Source: Candidatus Bathyarchaeia archaeon (GTDB lineage Archaea; Thermoproteota; Bathyarchaeia; Bathyarchaeales; Bathycorpusculaceae). Taken from it: 60,265 nt of DNA. The DNA is taken from NCBI GenBank assembly GCA_050015395.1, contig JBEKBM010000019.1, forward strand, positions 1 through 60,265, written 5' to 3'. Both the position numbers and the translations under genes were made by a program. Below, piece by piece: positions 9,298-17,842 of the stretch; position 1 is the stretch's first letter; every line of letters begins with the position of its first letter. Below the pieces are notes generated by a model. It made no database searches, had not been told where the DNA came from, and saw nothing but the letters and a program-made list of their open reading frames with translations.

Positions 9298-11940
9298 ATG
9301 AAATTTGCTAAAAACAAAACAACAATTTGCGCAATTACTATAATTACGATATTAGCTCTTAGTAGCTTCGCAGTTCTAGTACCAAAAGTTAACGCACAAG
9401 CAGCTGCAGGCAAACTAGATGTTCCAACTTGGTGCTTCATTAATGCTTTCCCAAGTCCCGTTGGCGTTGGTCAAACAATCAGCCTCTTTGCTTGGCTTGA
9501 CATTCAACCACCAACCGCGATGGGAGCATACGGTGACCGATGGTATAATCTAACTATAATCGAAACGAAGCCAGACGGCACCACAGTAACATTGGGACCC
9601 TACACGTCAGACCCCGTTGGCACGATTTTCACAACCGTCATTCCAGCAACAACAGGTAATTATACATTCAAATTTGTCTTCCCTGGACAACTTCTCGCAG
9701 GCAATAACTTAGAGCCAGTAGTGCAGCCGGTTGCTGCCTACCCTCAGATAGGCAACTATTACGAGCCCGCAACATCCACCCCAGTTACAGTCAACGTGCA
9801 ATCGACGCCTATTCCAACCGCACCAGCTTATCCGTTACCAACTCAATACTGGAGCAATCCGGTCAGTCAAAGTGGACACCAGAACTGGGCATATATAACT
9901 GGCGATTGGCTAGCTACCGGCGTGGCTGGCTCAAAAATCAATGACTACACACAACCGCCAACAACCGCCCATATCGCATGGACTATACCCTTAACTTACG
10001 GAGGCGTTGCAGGTCTGCCATCGGCTATTAGTACTGGTGGTGACAACTACTACACAGGTCTTACATATGAAGGACTGTTCTCCAATCCAATAATCATGGG
10101 TGGGCAACTCTACTACAACATCGGTAGGCCACCACAGTACGGCTTCGCTGACGTCAATTTACAGACTGGACAACAAGTCTGGTATCAAAACGGTACAGGT
10201 CCCCAGCAATCATTTATGGGCTATGGTTATCCGCAGCTTACTATGGGGCAGGAACTTGACTACGAATCACCTAATCAACACGGTACAGTCGAGTACCTCT
10301 GGAGCGTTTACACAGCCGCCAACGGATCGAACGTCTGGGCAATGTATGACCCAGTCACCGGCAATTGGATATGCAATCTCTGGAATGTGCCAGCAAGCTC
10401 AGAAATGTTCGGGGCCTCAATGATGATTACTGACCCAAGCGGTAGTTTCATAATCTACACCCCCGACTTCGCCAACAAAATCTTCAGCGTCTGGAACAGC
10501 ACCGCCACAATCCAAGATACATATCCTTTTATGGGAATGCAATATGGCAACTCATCAAACAGTTACTGGGAGTGGAGACCTCCAACGGGTGCACAAGTAG
10601 ACGCAACAGTCGGCACAACTAATTACGCTATCACTGGTAATCTACCTGCAAATGCAGCATCCGCAACACTTATGGGCATTGATACAGCAGACCAACTCGC
10701 CGTATACAGCACAGCCCCAGCAATGATAGGTATGGCAAGTTATCCTACACCCGATAGCTACACACAATTCGCCATCAGCACCAACCCCGCTACCATAGGC
10801 CAAGTGACGTGGTCTCGTACATACCCATGGCCAACAGGTAACGTAACCCTCGAATATGGTTGTCCCATAAGCAACGGCGTATTTACATTATTCGAAAAAG
10901 AACCAAGGCTTTGGATGGGCTTTAGCGCAACCACAGGAGCACAAATCTGGACATCAACAACACCTGAAGTTAGTAACCATCTATACTTGCAAGGCTACTC
11001 AGCATACACCTATGACGGCGTGTTCTACAGCTCCGACTCAATTGGCGAAGGCGGAAGCGTATACGCCTACAACGTTACGACTGGAGCGCTATTGTGGAGC
11101 TACACAGCGCCTTCTATGGGCTATACTGGCTACTGGGACAACATACCCACAACCGTCGGAGCTTTCGCATCAGGCAATATATACTGGAGTGGATCCGAAC
11201 ACAGCCCAGGACCAAACCTTGAACCCGGATTCATGTTAGGCGATATGAATGCAACAACCGGAGTACCAATCTGGAACATCACCTTCTGGGATGAAGGTAC
11301 TGGAACTGGCAATATCGGTGCAATTGCAGACGGCTACCTGGTAGCCTTAAACAGTTACGACATGCAAATCTACAGCTTCGGCATGGGACCAACCCAGACA
11401 ACAGTAGGAACAGATTGGAGTAATAGGGGACAAAACTTAGTGATACAAGGCTCAGTACTGGACATTTCTGCTGGCACTACGCAGTCTAATATAGCGGCGC
11501 GCTTTCCACAAGGTGTTGCAGCCGTTTCTGACGCAAGCATGACCCCATACATGGAATACGTGTACATGCAGAATCCTATCCCAGCAAACACTACCGGTGT
11601 ACTAGTTCAAGTAACCCTTATTGACCCGAACGGCAACACCATTAACCTACCCACTGTCACAAGCGACGCGAGCGGCCACTACGGCCTTGATTATAAGGTT
11701 CCTAATGTACCAGGAACGTACACAGCCATCGCTACATTCAGCGGAACTGACGCTTACTGGCCATCATACTCAGAAACCACCTTCCAAGTTGACCCCGCAC
11801 CTGCAGCTACTCCCGCACCAACAGCTACTCCCACATCTGTCGCTAACATGTACTTTGTTCCGATGAGTATTGGCATAATTGTTTTAATCATCATAGTCCT
11901 CGCCGTAGTAGTACTCTCGATGCTTAGGAAGCGACCATAA
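9298..11940 (+). CDS. Large membrane-anchored PQQ-like beta-propeller surface protein, paralogue 1
   Basis: Signal peptide, Ig-like N-terminus (P.PVGVGQT, KPDGT..LGPYTSDPVG), YA.N.TTG..LW blades, many NxT sequons, P/T linker, C-terminal TM helix + RKRP. Confidence 0.88.
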   Translation: MKFAKNKTTICAITIITILALSSFAVLVPKVNAQAAAGKLDVPTWCFINAFPSPVGVGQTISLFAWLDIQPPTAMGAYGDRWYNLTIIETKPDGTTVTLGPYTSDPVGTIFTTVIPATTGNYTFKFVFPGQLLAGNNLEPVVQPVAAYPQIGNYYEPATSTPVTVNVQSTPIPTAPAYPLPTQYWSNPVSQSGHQNWAYITGDWLATGVAGSKINDYTQPPTTAHIAWTIPLTYGGVAGLPSAISTGGDNYYTGLTYEGLFSNPIIMGGQLYYNIGRPPQYGFADVNLQTGQQVWYQNGTGPQQSFMGYGYPQLTMGQELDYESPNQHGTVEYLWSVYTAANGSNVWAMYDPVTGNWICNLWNVPASSEMFGASMMITDPSGSFIIYTPDFANKIFSVWNSTATIQDTYPFMGMQYGNSSNSYWEWRPPTGAQVDATVGTTNYAITGNLPANAASATLMGIDTADQLAVYSTAPAMIGMASYPTPDSYTQFAISTNPATIGQVTWSRTYPWPTGNVTLEYGCPISNGVFTLFEKEPRLWMGFSATTGAQIWTSTTPEVSNHLYLQGYSAYTYDGVFYSSDSIGEGGSVYAYNVTTGALLWSYTAPSMGYTGYWDNIPTTVGAFASGNIYWSGSEHSPGPNLEPGFMLGDMNATTGVPIWNITFWDEGTGTGNIGAIADGYLVALNSYDMQIYSFGMGPTQTTVGTDWSNRGQNLVIQGSVLDISAGTTQSNIAARFPQGVAAVSDASMTPYMEYVYMQNPIPANTTGVLVQVTLIDPNGNTINLPTVTSDASGHYGLDYKVPNVPGTYTAIATFSGTDAYWPSYSETTFQVDPAPAATPAPTATPTSVANMYFVPMSIGIIVLIIIVLAVVVLSMLRKRP

Positions 11941-11964
11941 AAAATGCTAAACAAAAAACATCAC

Positions 11965-12258
11965 TTTCCCCTTTTTTGGTCTTAAAAACCAATGGATAAA
12001 AGAATAAGGGCTGAGAAGGCTCTGGTTGAATTCACGATGGCGTATGTAGTTATCATCATTAGCATTTGTATTCTTTTTTCTCCTAAAAGTTGTTCCAGAG
12101 CCTCAGCAAACCCTAAATGCTCTATTGTCTTTTTTTTAGAAAATATGGCTTAGTCTTTCCAAGTGGCGCCGGGGGGGATTCGAACACCAATTTACTATTA
12201 AATGACCGCAAACAGTTTAGCTTCAAAAACTGCCCAAGGCGAAGAGCATTTTGATTTT
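11965..12258 (+). repeat. Direct repeat copy 1, including T-rich terminator and tRNA 3'-end fragment (12164-12185)
   Basis: Near-identical to 16021-16335 apart from a 19 bp indel and a few substitutions. Confidence 0.95.
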
Positions 12259-12474
12259 TCCTGTCGTTTGCTTTCTCAACAATCCACGGAGCAGTACTTA
12301 TCTCGCGACAATATATGACTCATAAGCTACAAAGGGGATGCTGAAATCAAGCAACAGGTAACAAATATCGCTGAGAAACATAACTTCGCAATGAAAGAAG
12401 AGAAAGGCCCAAATCTTTCCGCAAGTTTTATATTTGCCGTTACAATTTGGCTTCCCTATTTTTTTTGCAAAGTT

Positions 12475-13308
12475 TTATAAGGAAGTTGGCGACAAACAGC
12501 CTGCGCGCTTCGATGTTTGAGAGTCTGTCCACTGTTTTTCAAAGTATACTTTGGCTATCGCCGTTAGATGAGAGTTATTTGTCATTAAATAGGCGGCTTT
12601 AGAAAAATCGCTTGATTCCGACGTAATAATCCCGATTTTTTTCTCGTCCAAGATTACAAGTGGCACAATTGCTTGGTTAAACGAAACTCTTGCTTCAAAA
12701 AAAGGATTTATCATCGAATCTTCTAAATTGAACTGAAAGCTACTTCTTTCGGGCTTTCCTATAATCATTCTTATCTTAACTTCTTTTTTCAATGCTCCGT
12801 CTAATTCTTCCTTTGCTAACTCAAGATTTCTTTCTAAAGTAACTATGTCGATACTTGTCTTGCAATTAGAAAAATTCTCTTTTCGCCTTCTGGCGCGCGC
12901 AGATGCGTTGGGAACAAAAAAGGTTATTTCCTCTTCTGACTCAGTGCGTTTCATTTTGTTTGCTGCTTCACATCGTTCAAGCAACTGCTTTGCTGCTGCC
13001 TTAATTTTTATCTCCATGTCTGAAAATTCCTGCTGTTTCCGCTGAAGCATAATGGAAATAGCATCTGCTATTGGGATAGCTGAGTACTCATAAGGTGTCG
13101 CCACTATTTTTTCAATGATTCCAATGTCTAGTAGATCGTTAACCACTTGGTAAATGTGTTGACGTGCTAAATCTGTTCTTTTGGATAGGACTTTTATGGT
13201 CGCTCTTTCCGTCCGGGTGAGCGTGATGTAGACTCTGGCTTCAAGAGAAGAAAGCCCCATTTGTGTCAGTGCCTGCACGTCTTGGCTTGAAACCGTTAAA
13301 TCACTCAT
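12475..13308 (-). CDS. TrmB-family transcriptional regulator
   Basis: L..MGLSSLEARVYITL...IYQVVNDL...GIIEK....PYEY.A wHTH plus effector domain (VILDEKK...Y.MTNN..L..AKVYFEKQW); start taken at ATG 13308. Confidence 0.9.
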   Translation of the reverse strand: MSDLTVSSQDVQALTQMGLSSLEARVYITLTRTERATIKVLSKRTDLARQHIYQVVNDLLDIGIIEKIVATPYEYSAIPIADAISIMLQRKQQEFSDMEIKIKAAAKQLLERCEAANKMKRTESEEEITFFVPNASARARRRKENFSNCKTSIDIVTLERNLELAKEELDGALKKEVKIRMIIGKPERSSFQFNLEDSMINPFFEARVSFNQAIVPLVILDEKKIGIITSESSDFSKAAYLMTNNSHLTAIAKVYFEKQWTDSQTSKRAGCLSPTSL

Positions 13309-13335
13309 TAGAATACCTACGAAGATGATTATGCA

Positions 13336-13362
13336 TTGAACAGAACTCTGTTGTTCTTTCAA
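13336..13362. promoter_or_regulatory. Imperfect inverted repeat, candidate TrmB operator
   Basis: TTGAACAGAAC-TCTGTT-GTTCTTTCAA just upstream of TATA box TTTAAAA (13366-13372), between divergent genes. Confidence 0.5.
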
Positions 13363-13393
13363 GGATTTAAAACCTTTCATAAAGCATACTCTC

Positions 13394-13424
13394 TTGAGCG
13401 AGAGCATTTACGCTTCTTGCTCAA
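13394..13424 (+). promoter_or_regulatory. Conserved 5'-leader hairpin, copy 2
   Basis: TTGAGCGAGAGC-ATTTAC-GCTTCTTGCTCAA; differences from copy 1 keep pairing (G-U versus G-C). Confidence 0.75.
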
Positions 13425-13450
13425 TGCAAAATAAAATTGAGGAAAGAAAA

Positions 13451-15997
13451 ATGCAAATCAAAAAAACCAAAACACTTTCTAGTATCGCTTTGATTCTACT
13501 GTTAACTTTTTCTGTACTTATGGTAAGCATGCCGACCTCTAAAGCTCAAGGTATGCCTCTCACTAACATTCCTACCTACGCCTTCCTTACTGTTGAACCT
13601 AACCCTGTAGGGGTCAGTCAGACAGTGTCGGTTGGTTTTTGGCTTGATAAGGTCCCGCCAACAGCAGCGGGTCCATCTGGTGCTAGGTGGCAGGGTTTAA
13701 AAGTAACAATCACAAAGCCCGACGGAACCACCCAAATCATGGGGCCGTACACTTCCGATCCGGTCGGAATGTCAAACTTCAATTACGTGCCCGACGCGGT
13801 TGGCAACTATACTTTGCAGTGTAGCTTCCCTGGACAAAATGTAACTGGCATTGGGGCGGTCATTCCGGTGCCGATTAACGACTATTATGAGCCAAGCACA
13901 AGCTCGGTAGTAACACTTAGTGTACAGCAAAGCCCAATAGCGTCTTATCCGACGACTCCGCTTCCAACTGGTTACTGGCAGAGCCCCATTGACGCACAGA
14001 ACAGAGGATGGTACACGATATCAGGAAATTGGCTGGCACAAGGGACAGGAGGCCTGTTATTTGGACAGAGGGCGTACAATTCTACTGGGAATTTCAATGC
14101 TTACACCACAGCGCCTAATTCGGCTCACATAGAGTGGACGAAGTCAATAGCTATCGGCGGTCTCATGGGAGGCGAGTTTGGGGGTGGTGGCACTAGCGCC
14201 TACAATTGGGGGAACACATACACACCGATGTTTGTACCACCGGTAATACTGAATGGAGTACTCTACTACAATTCTCCTGTCGAGCCCAGAGAAGGATTCT
14301 ATGCCGTAGACCTACGCACCGGACAAACGCTATGGTATCAAAATAGTACTGGTCCGGTAACGATGCTTGGAGCAGTTGGCCTAAATGGTTATTATGGCTA
14401 CGCGGGTATAACACTGGGTCAAATATACAACTACATCTCACCCAACCTATATGGAGGCGACCCATACCTATGGTTTACTCAGGGCACTACATGGTACATG
14501 TATGACGCGAGCACAGGAAACTTGATACTGAGCATGGCGAACGCAACTAACCTTGGGAACCCAGAGACTCCAGGCACTGTTGTTGAGCGTCCGAACGGCG
14601 AGTTGGATGTTTATATGCTTAACGGATTCACAAACACGTTGTCTATGTGGAACTCGAGTCTGGCTATTCCAACGCTGGGAACAGAAAGCACGGCCGCTTG
14701 GTGTTGGAGGCCCCCCGTAGGAGCGACGCTTAACTGGCTAAACGGAATACAATGGACCGTAACAGCAGCCCCATATCCGGGACAAGCCATTTCTACGATT
14801 AGTTCTAATGTAATACTTGCTACTACAGGGAGCTTGTTCCTGCCGCAGAATTACCAAATGGAAATAGGTTACAGCGCAACAACAGGGCAACAGTTGTGGG
14901 TTCAAAACCGAACGACTCCTCCAGGGGCCACGTCCTTTAATCTCATGGGTCCTGCCGCTGACGGGGTCTACACTGAATTCCATGAAAGTACGATGGAATG
15001 GTACGGCTACAGCCTCGCTACAGGAGCACAAATATGGGGCCCAACTGTCCCCTACACCAGTGGTTGGGGTTTCTATGATAGCACTTCGGGTAGCGCTTAC
15101 GGCATACTTTACGCAACGGGCTACGACGGAACGGTGCACGCTTATAATATTACGTCAGGGCAGCACTTGTGGGACTGGTACGCTGGAAGCAGCGGGTACG
15201 AAACTGCCTATGGTACATGGCCTTTGTCCACTTTTGGCCCCATAACTATTGCCGACGGAAAGATCTACGTAGGCACGTGTCACGGTCTCGTTCCACCTAT
15301 GTTCAGAGGCGCACAGCTATATTGTCTCAACGCTACGACGGGAAAAGAACTATGGAGCATAGACCAATGGTGCGGAAATACTATAGCTATCGCAGACGGC
15401 TCCCTCGTAACACTCAACGGGTATGACAATCAAATATACTGCTTCGGACCGGGCCAAAGCGCCACTACAGTGACAACTTCACCTGGCATAAATACCAACA
15501 CTCAAGTATTGATAAAAGGCACCGTCACTGATCAATCGCCAGGCCAAACATGCCTAGGGATACCCGCCGCAGGCACACCCGCAATCTCAGACGCAAGCAT
15601 GACCCAATGGATGGAATACTTGTACATGCAGCAGCCAGAACCTATGAATGCAACGGGCGTTCCAGTAACGTTGACGGATATTGACCCGAACGGCAACACC
15701 TACACCATAGGCACAACCACAAGCAACATAGCAGGACAATACTCATACGCCTTCACTCCCACCGTACCCGGAACATACACAATCATTGCAACATTCGGCG
15801 GATCCAACTCGTACTACAGCTCAACAGCGCAAACTACCATGCTATGGAATACACCTGCAGCTGCTACTGCCGCACCTACAGCTACTCCGACATCTGTCGC
15901 TAACCTGTACTTTGTTCCTGCTGTCATTGCCATAATTGTTGTAATAATCATAGGCTTTGCTTTACTAGCAATCTTATCACTTAGAAAACGACCATAA
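13451..15997 (+). CDS. Large membrane-anchored PQQ-like beta-propeller surface protein, paralogue 2
   Basis: Start taken at ATG 13451 (MQIKKTK signal peptide); same architecture as 9298-11940, ending PTATPTSVANLYFVP...RKRP. Confidence 0.88.
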   Translation: MQIKKTKTLSSIALILLLTFSVLMVSMPTSKAQGMPLTNIPTYAFLTVEPNPVGVSQTVSVGFWLDKVPPTAAGPSGARWQGLKVTITKPDGTTQIMGPYTSDPVGMSNFNYVPDAVGNYTLQCSFPGQNVTGIGAVIPVPINDYYEPSTSSVVTLSVQQSPIASYPTTPLPTGYWQSPIDAQNRGWYTISGNWLAQGTGGLLFGQRAYNSTGNFNAYTTAPNSAHIEWTKSIAIGGLMGGEFGGGGTSAYNWGNTYTPMFVPPVILNGVLYYNSPVEPREGFYAVDLRTGQTLWYQNSTGPVTMLGAVGLNGYYGYAGITLGQIYNYISPNLYGGDPYLWFTQGTTWYMYDASTGNLILSMANATNLGNPETPGTVVERPNGELDVYMLNGFTNTLSMWNSSLAIPTLGTESTAAWCWRPPVGATLNWLNGIQWTVTAAPYPGQAISTISSNVILATTGSLFLPQNYQMEIGYSATTGQQLWVQNRTTPPGATSFNLMGPAADGVYTEFHESTMEWYGYSLATGAQIWGPTVPYTSGWGFYDSTSGSAYGILYATGYDGTVHAYNITSGQHLWDWYAGSSGYETAYGTWPLSTFGPITIADGKIYVGTCHGLVPPMFRGAQLYCLNATTGKELWSIDQWCGNTIAIADGSLVTLNGYDNQIYCFGPGQSATTVTTSPGINTNTQVLIKGTVTDQSPGQTCLGIPAAGTPAISDASMTQWMEYLYMQQPEPMNATGVPVTLTDIDPNGNTYTIGTTTSNIAGQYSYAFTPTVPGTYTIIATFGGSNSYYSSTAQTTMLWNTPAAATAAPTATPTSVANLYFVPAVIAIIVVIIIGFALLAILSLRKRP

Positions 15998-16020
15998 AAA
16001 CTCGCAACCCAAAAATCCAT

Positions 16021-16335
16021 TTTCCCCTTTTTTAGTCTTAAAAAGCAATGGAGAAGAGATAAGGGCTGAGAAGGCTCTGGTTGAATTCACGATGGCGTAT
16101 GTAGTTATCATCATTAGCATTTGTATTCTTTTTTCTCCTAAAAGTTGTTCCAGAGCCTCAGCAAACCCTAAATGCTCTAAGATGTCACCAATCACTCGTT
16201 GTCTTTTTTTTAGAAAACATGGCTTAGTCTTTCCAAGTGACGCCGGGAAGGGGGATTCGAACACCAATTTACTATTAAATGACCGCAAACAGTTTAGCTT
16301 CAAAAACTGCCCAAGGCGAAGAGCATTTTGATTTT
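16021..16335 (+). repeat. Direct repeat copy 2 with tRNA 3'-end fragment (16238-16262)
   Basis: Near-identical to 11965-12258. Confidence 0.95.
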
Positions 16336-16425
16336 CTTTTTGCCATTTGGTTGATCCTCAATCAGCATTCCGCTTCTCCTGTTTAGCTGGAATAGCATCT
16401 CTCTCTTGGGCTAACAAGGTTAGCA

Positions 16426-16563
16426 TTAGAATTTTTCGAGATATTCTTCAAACTGCTTTTTATCCCTCAAACACTGAGGGTAAACACAACTGAACGGGAG
16501 ATCTTTGGTGGGGCATAACTCATTGTATTTTTTTGCCGTCTGAGCCTGGGGCGTTTTTTCCAG
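16426..16563 (-). pseudogene. Degraded copy of the 3' end of the Cys-rich gene at 17489-17827
   Basis: Translates KYNELCPTKDLPFSCVYPQCLRDKKQFEEYLEKF* versus intact KYNESCATKDLPFSCVCPQCLMDRKQFEQCLEKF*; upstream part frameshifted or lost. Confidence 0.9.
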
Positions 16564-16654
16564 CATAATAAAGGTAATTCATTCCAGAAATGCACTAGCA
16601 TTTTCAAAGGGTTTCTTTTGTTTTAGCCGTTGGTATTAACTTGTCCTTATTCCG

Positions 16655-17089
16655 TTATAGGTCCTTCGGATGTACTCTTTGGATTAATTCTGTTTTGTCG
16701 TAATCTTTGTCTTCGCTGATTATTTTTTGTATCCCAAGTTCAAGCATGCTGGCAACATTTATTGCGTCTTTTGGGTGTTTGAGCGGAGTAATCTCCATGA
16801 TTTCCAAGGCGTGTTCAAAAACAACTCTGCTCATCTCAACCTTCTTGATCTTGCTCATTTTCATATAGTCGCGAGCCACGCGGATGGCAGTAGATGCGGA
16901 AGTGAGCTTGGACAAAATAAAAAGGGTCTCCTCTAGGGTTTCCAAGCTTGTTGCCGCATTTATTTCTCCCTTTGCAGCTTTGCCTATGACGTTTAGGCAT
17001 TCTTTGTGGTATGCTGCATTTTTGTCTGCGGCATGGATGAGCGTTGTGGAATCCAAGAAGTAAGTAGGTTTAGTTGTAATCAGATTCAA
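16655..17089 (-). CDS. vapC: VapC-like PIN-domain toxin
   Basis: YFLDSTTLI, TLEE, DAINVASML..GI.KIISEDKDYD. Confidence 0.92.
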   Translation of the reverse strand: MNLITTKPTYFLDSTTLIHAADKNAAYHKECLNVIGKAAKGEINAATSLETLEETLFILSKLTSASTAIRVARDYMKMSKIKKVEMSRVVFEHALEIMEITPLKHPKDAINVASMLELGIQKIISEDKDYDKTELIQRVHPKDL

Positions 17090-17101
17090 GCGTAAACCAG
17101 C

Positions 17102-17368
17102 TTATGTTTCGAGAAAATGCTTTAGTCGTTCTTCAGCAGTTTTCTTTTTCAGTTCTTCTGCGGATAACCCTATTGATATTTCTTTTGACAGTTCAGTTAG
17201 ATCCTGCAGTGGATCTTCAGAAACCTTGTGCAGGTGTATACTTATTTTATTGCCTACGGCAACTATTACGGCTTCGTCGCCTGTGTTCACTCCGTAGACT
17301 TCACGTAGTTCTTTTGGCAATACGATTCGCCCCTGCCTGCCAACTCTTACCTTGAAAAATGATGCCAA
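17102..17368 (-). CDS. vapB: AbrB/MazE/SpoVT-type antitoxin
   Basis: KVRVGRQGRIVLPKELREVYGV..GDE; directly upstream of the PIN gene; AGTGGCA repeats at 17399 and 17417 flank the TATA box. Confidence 0.9.
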   Translation of the reverse strand: MASFFKVRVGRQGRIVLPKELREVYGVNTGDEAVIVAVGNKISIHLHKVSEDPLQDLTELSKEISIGLSAEELKKKTAEERLKHFLET

Positions 17369-17488
17369 AGTAACATCTCACTGTCATTATTAAAACTAAG
17401 TGGCATATTTAAAATTAGTGGCACTCTGCTGTCCTTCAGTAAGCCGTCGTTTGCTACATATGGATGCGTAAAAACAGTCAAACAAACA

Positions 17489-17827
17489 TTAGAATTTCTC
17501 TAGACACTGTTCAAACTGCTTTCTGTCCATTAAACATTGAGGGCAAACACAACTGAATGGCAGATCTTTGGTGGCGCATGACTCGTTATATTTGCAGTCT
17601 GAGCATGGGAAGTCTTTTCCACAGCGCGTACAGCTTTGGAGAAATACGACTTCACTGTTTAAAATGCCGGCGATTGTGTCCATAAGCTTTTCAATATTAT
17701 TGCAGCTTTTAATGGAAAAGACGCCTTGCTCACGATTATAGTTCAAGCCTAAATGTATCAAGAGAATAAATTTTTCTTTTTCAACCCTCGGAAGCTTGAA
17801 CGCCTTCTTATTTAAAACTGCCACCAT
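17489..17827 (-). CDS. Cys-rich (Zn-binding) hypothetical protein downstream of rfcL
   Basis: CxxC, CxxC, C, CxCxxC motifs; GGAGG-like RBS. Confidence 0.8.
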   Translation of the reverse strand: MVAVLNKKAFKLPRVEKEKFILLIHLGLNYNREQGVFSIKSCNNIEKLMDTIAGILNSEVVFLQSCTRCGKDFPCSDCKYNESCATKDLPFSCVCPQCLMDRKQFEQCLEKF

Positions 17828-17842
17828 TTTCCGCTTCCTCCA

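Noticed and set aside
12310-12420. Short peptide-like stretch ISYKGDAEIKQQVTNIAEKHNFAMKEEKG
   Set aside because: Could be a gene remnant, but it has no clear start or assignable family
16092-16331. 79 aa ORF in the repeat shares HGLVFPS, and similar spacing to an AS.N motif, with the RHH protein at 7754-8092
   Set aside because: Intervening residues do not align, the frame is broken in copy 1, and it runs into the tRNA fragment; probably chance, though a degenerate relic cannot be excluded
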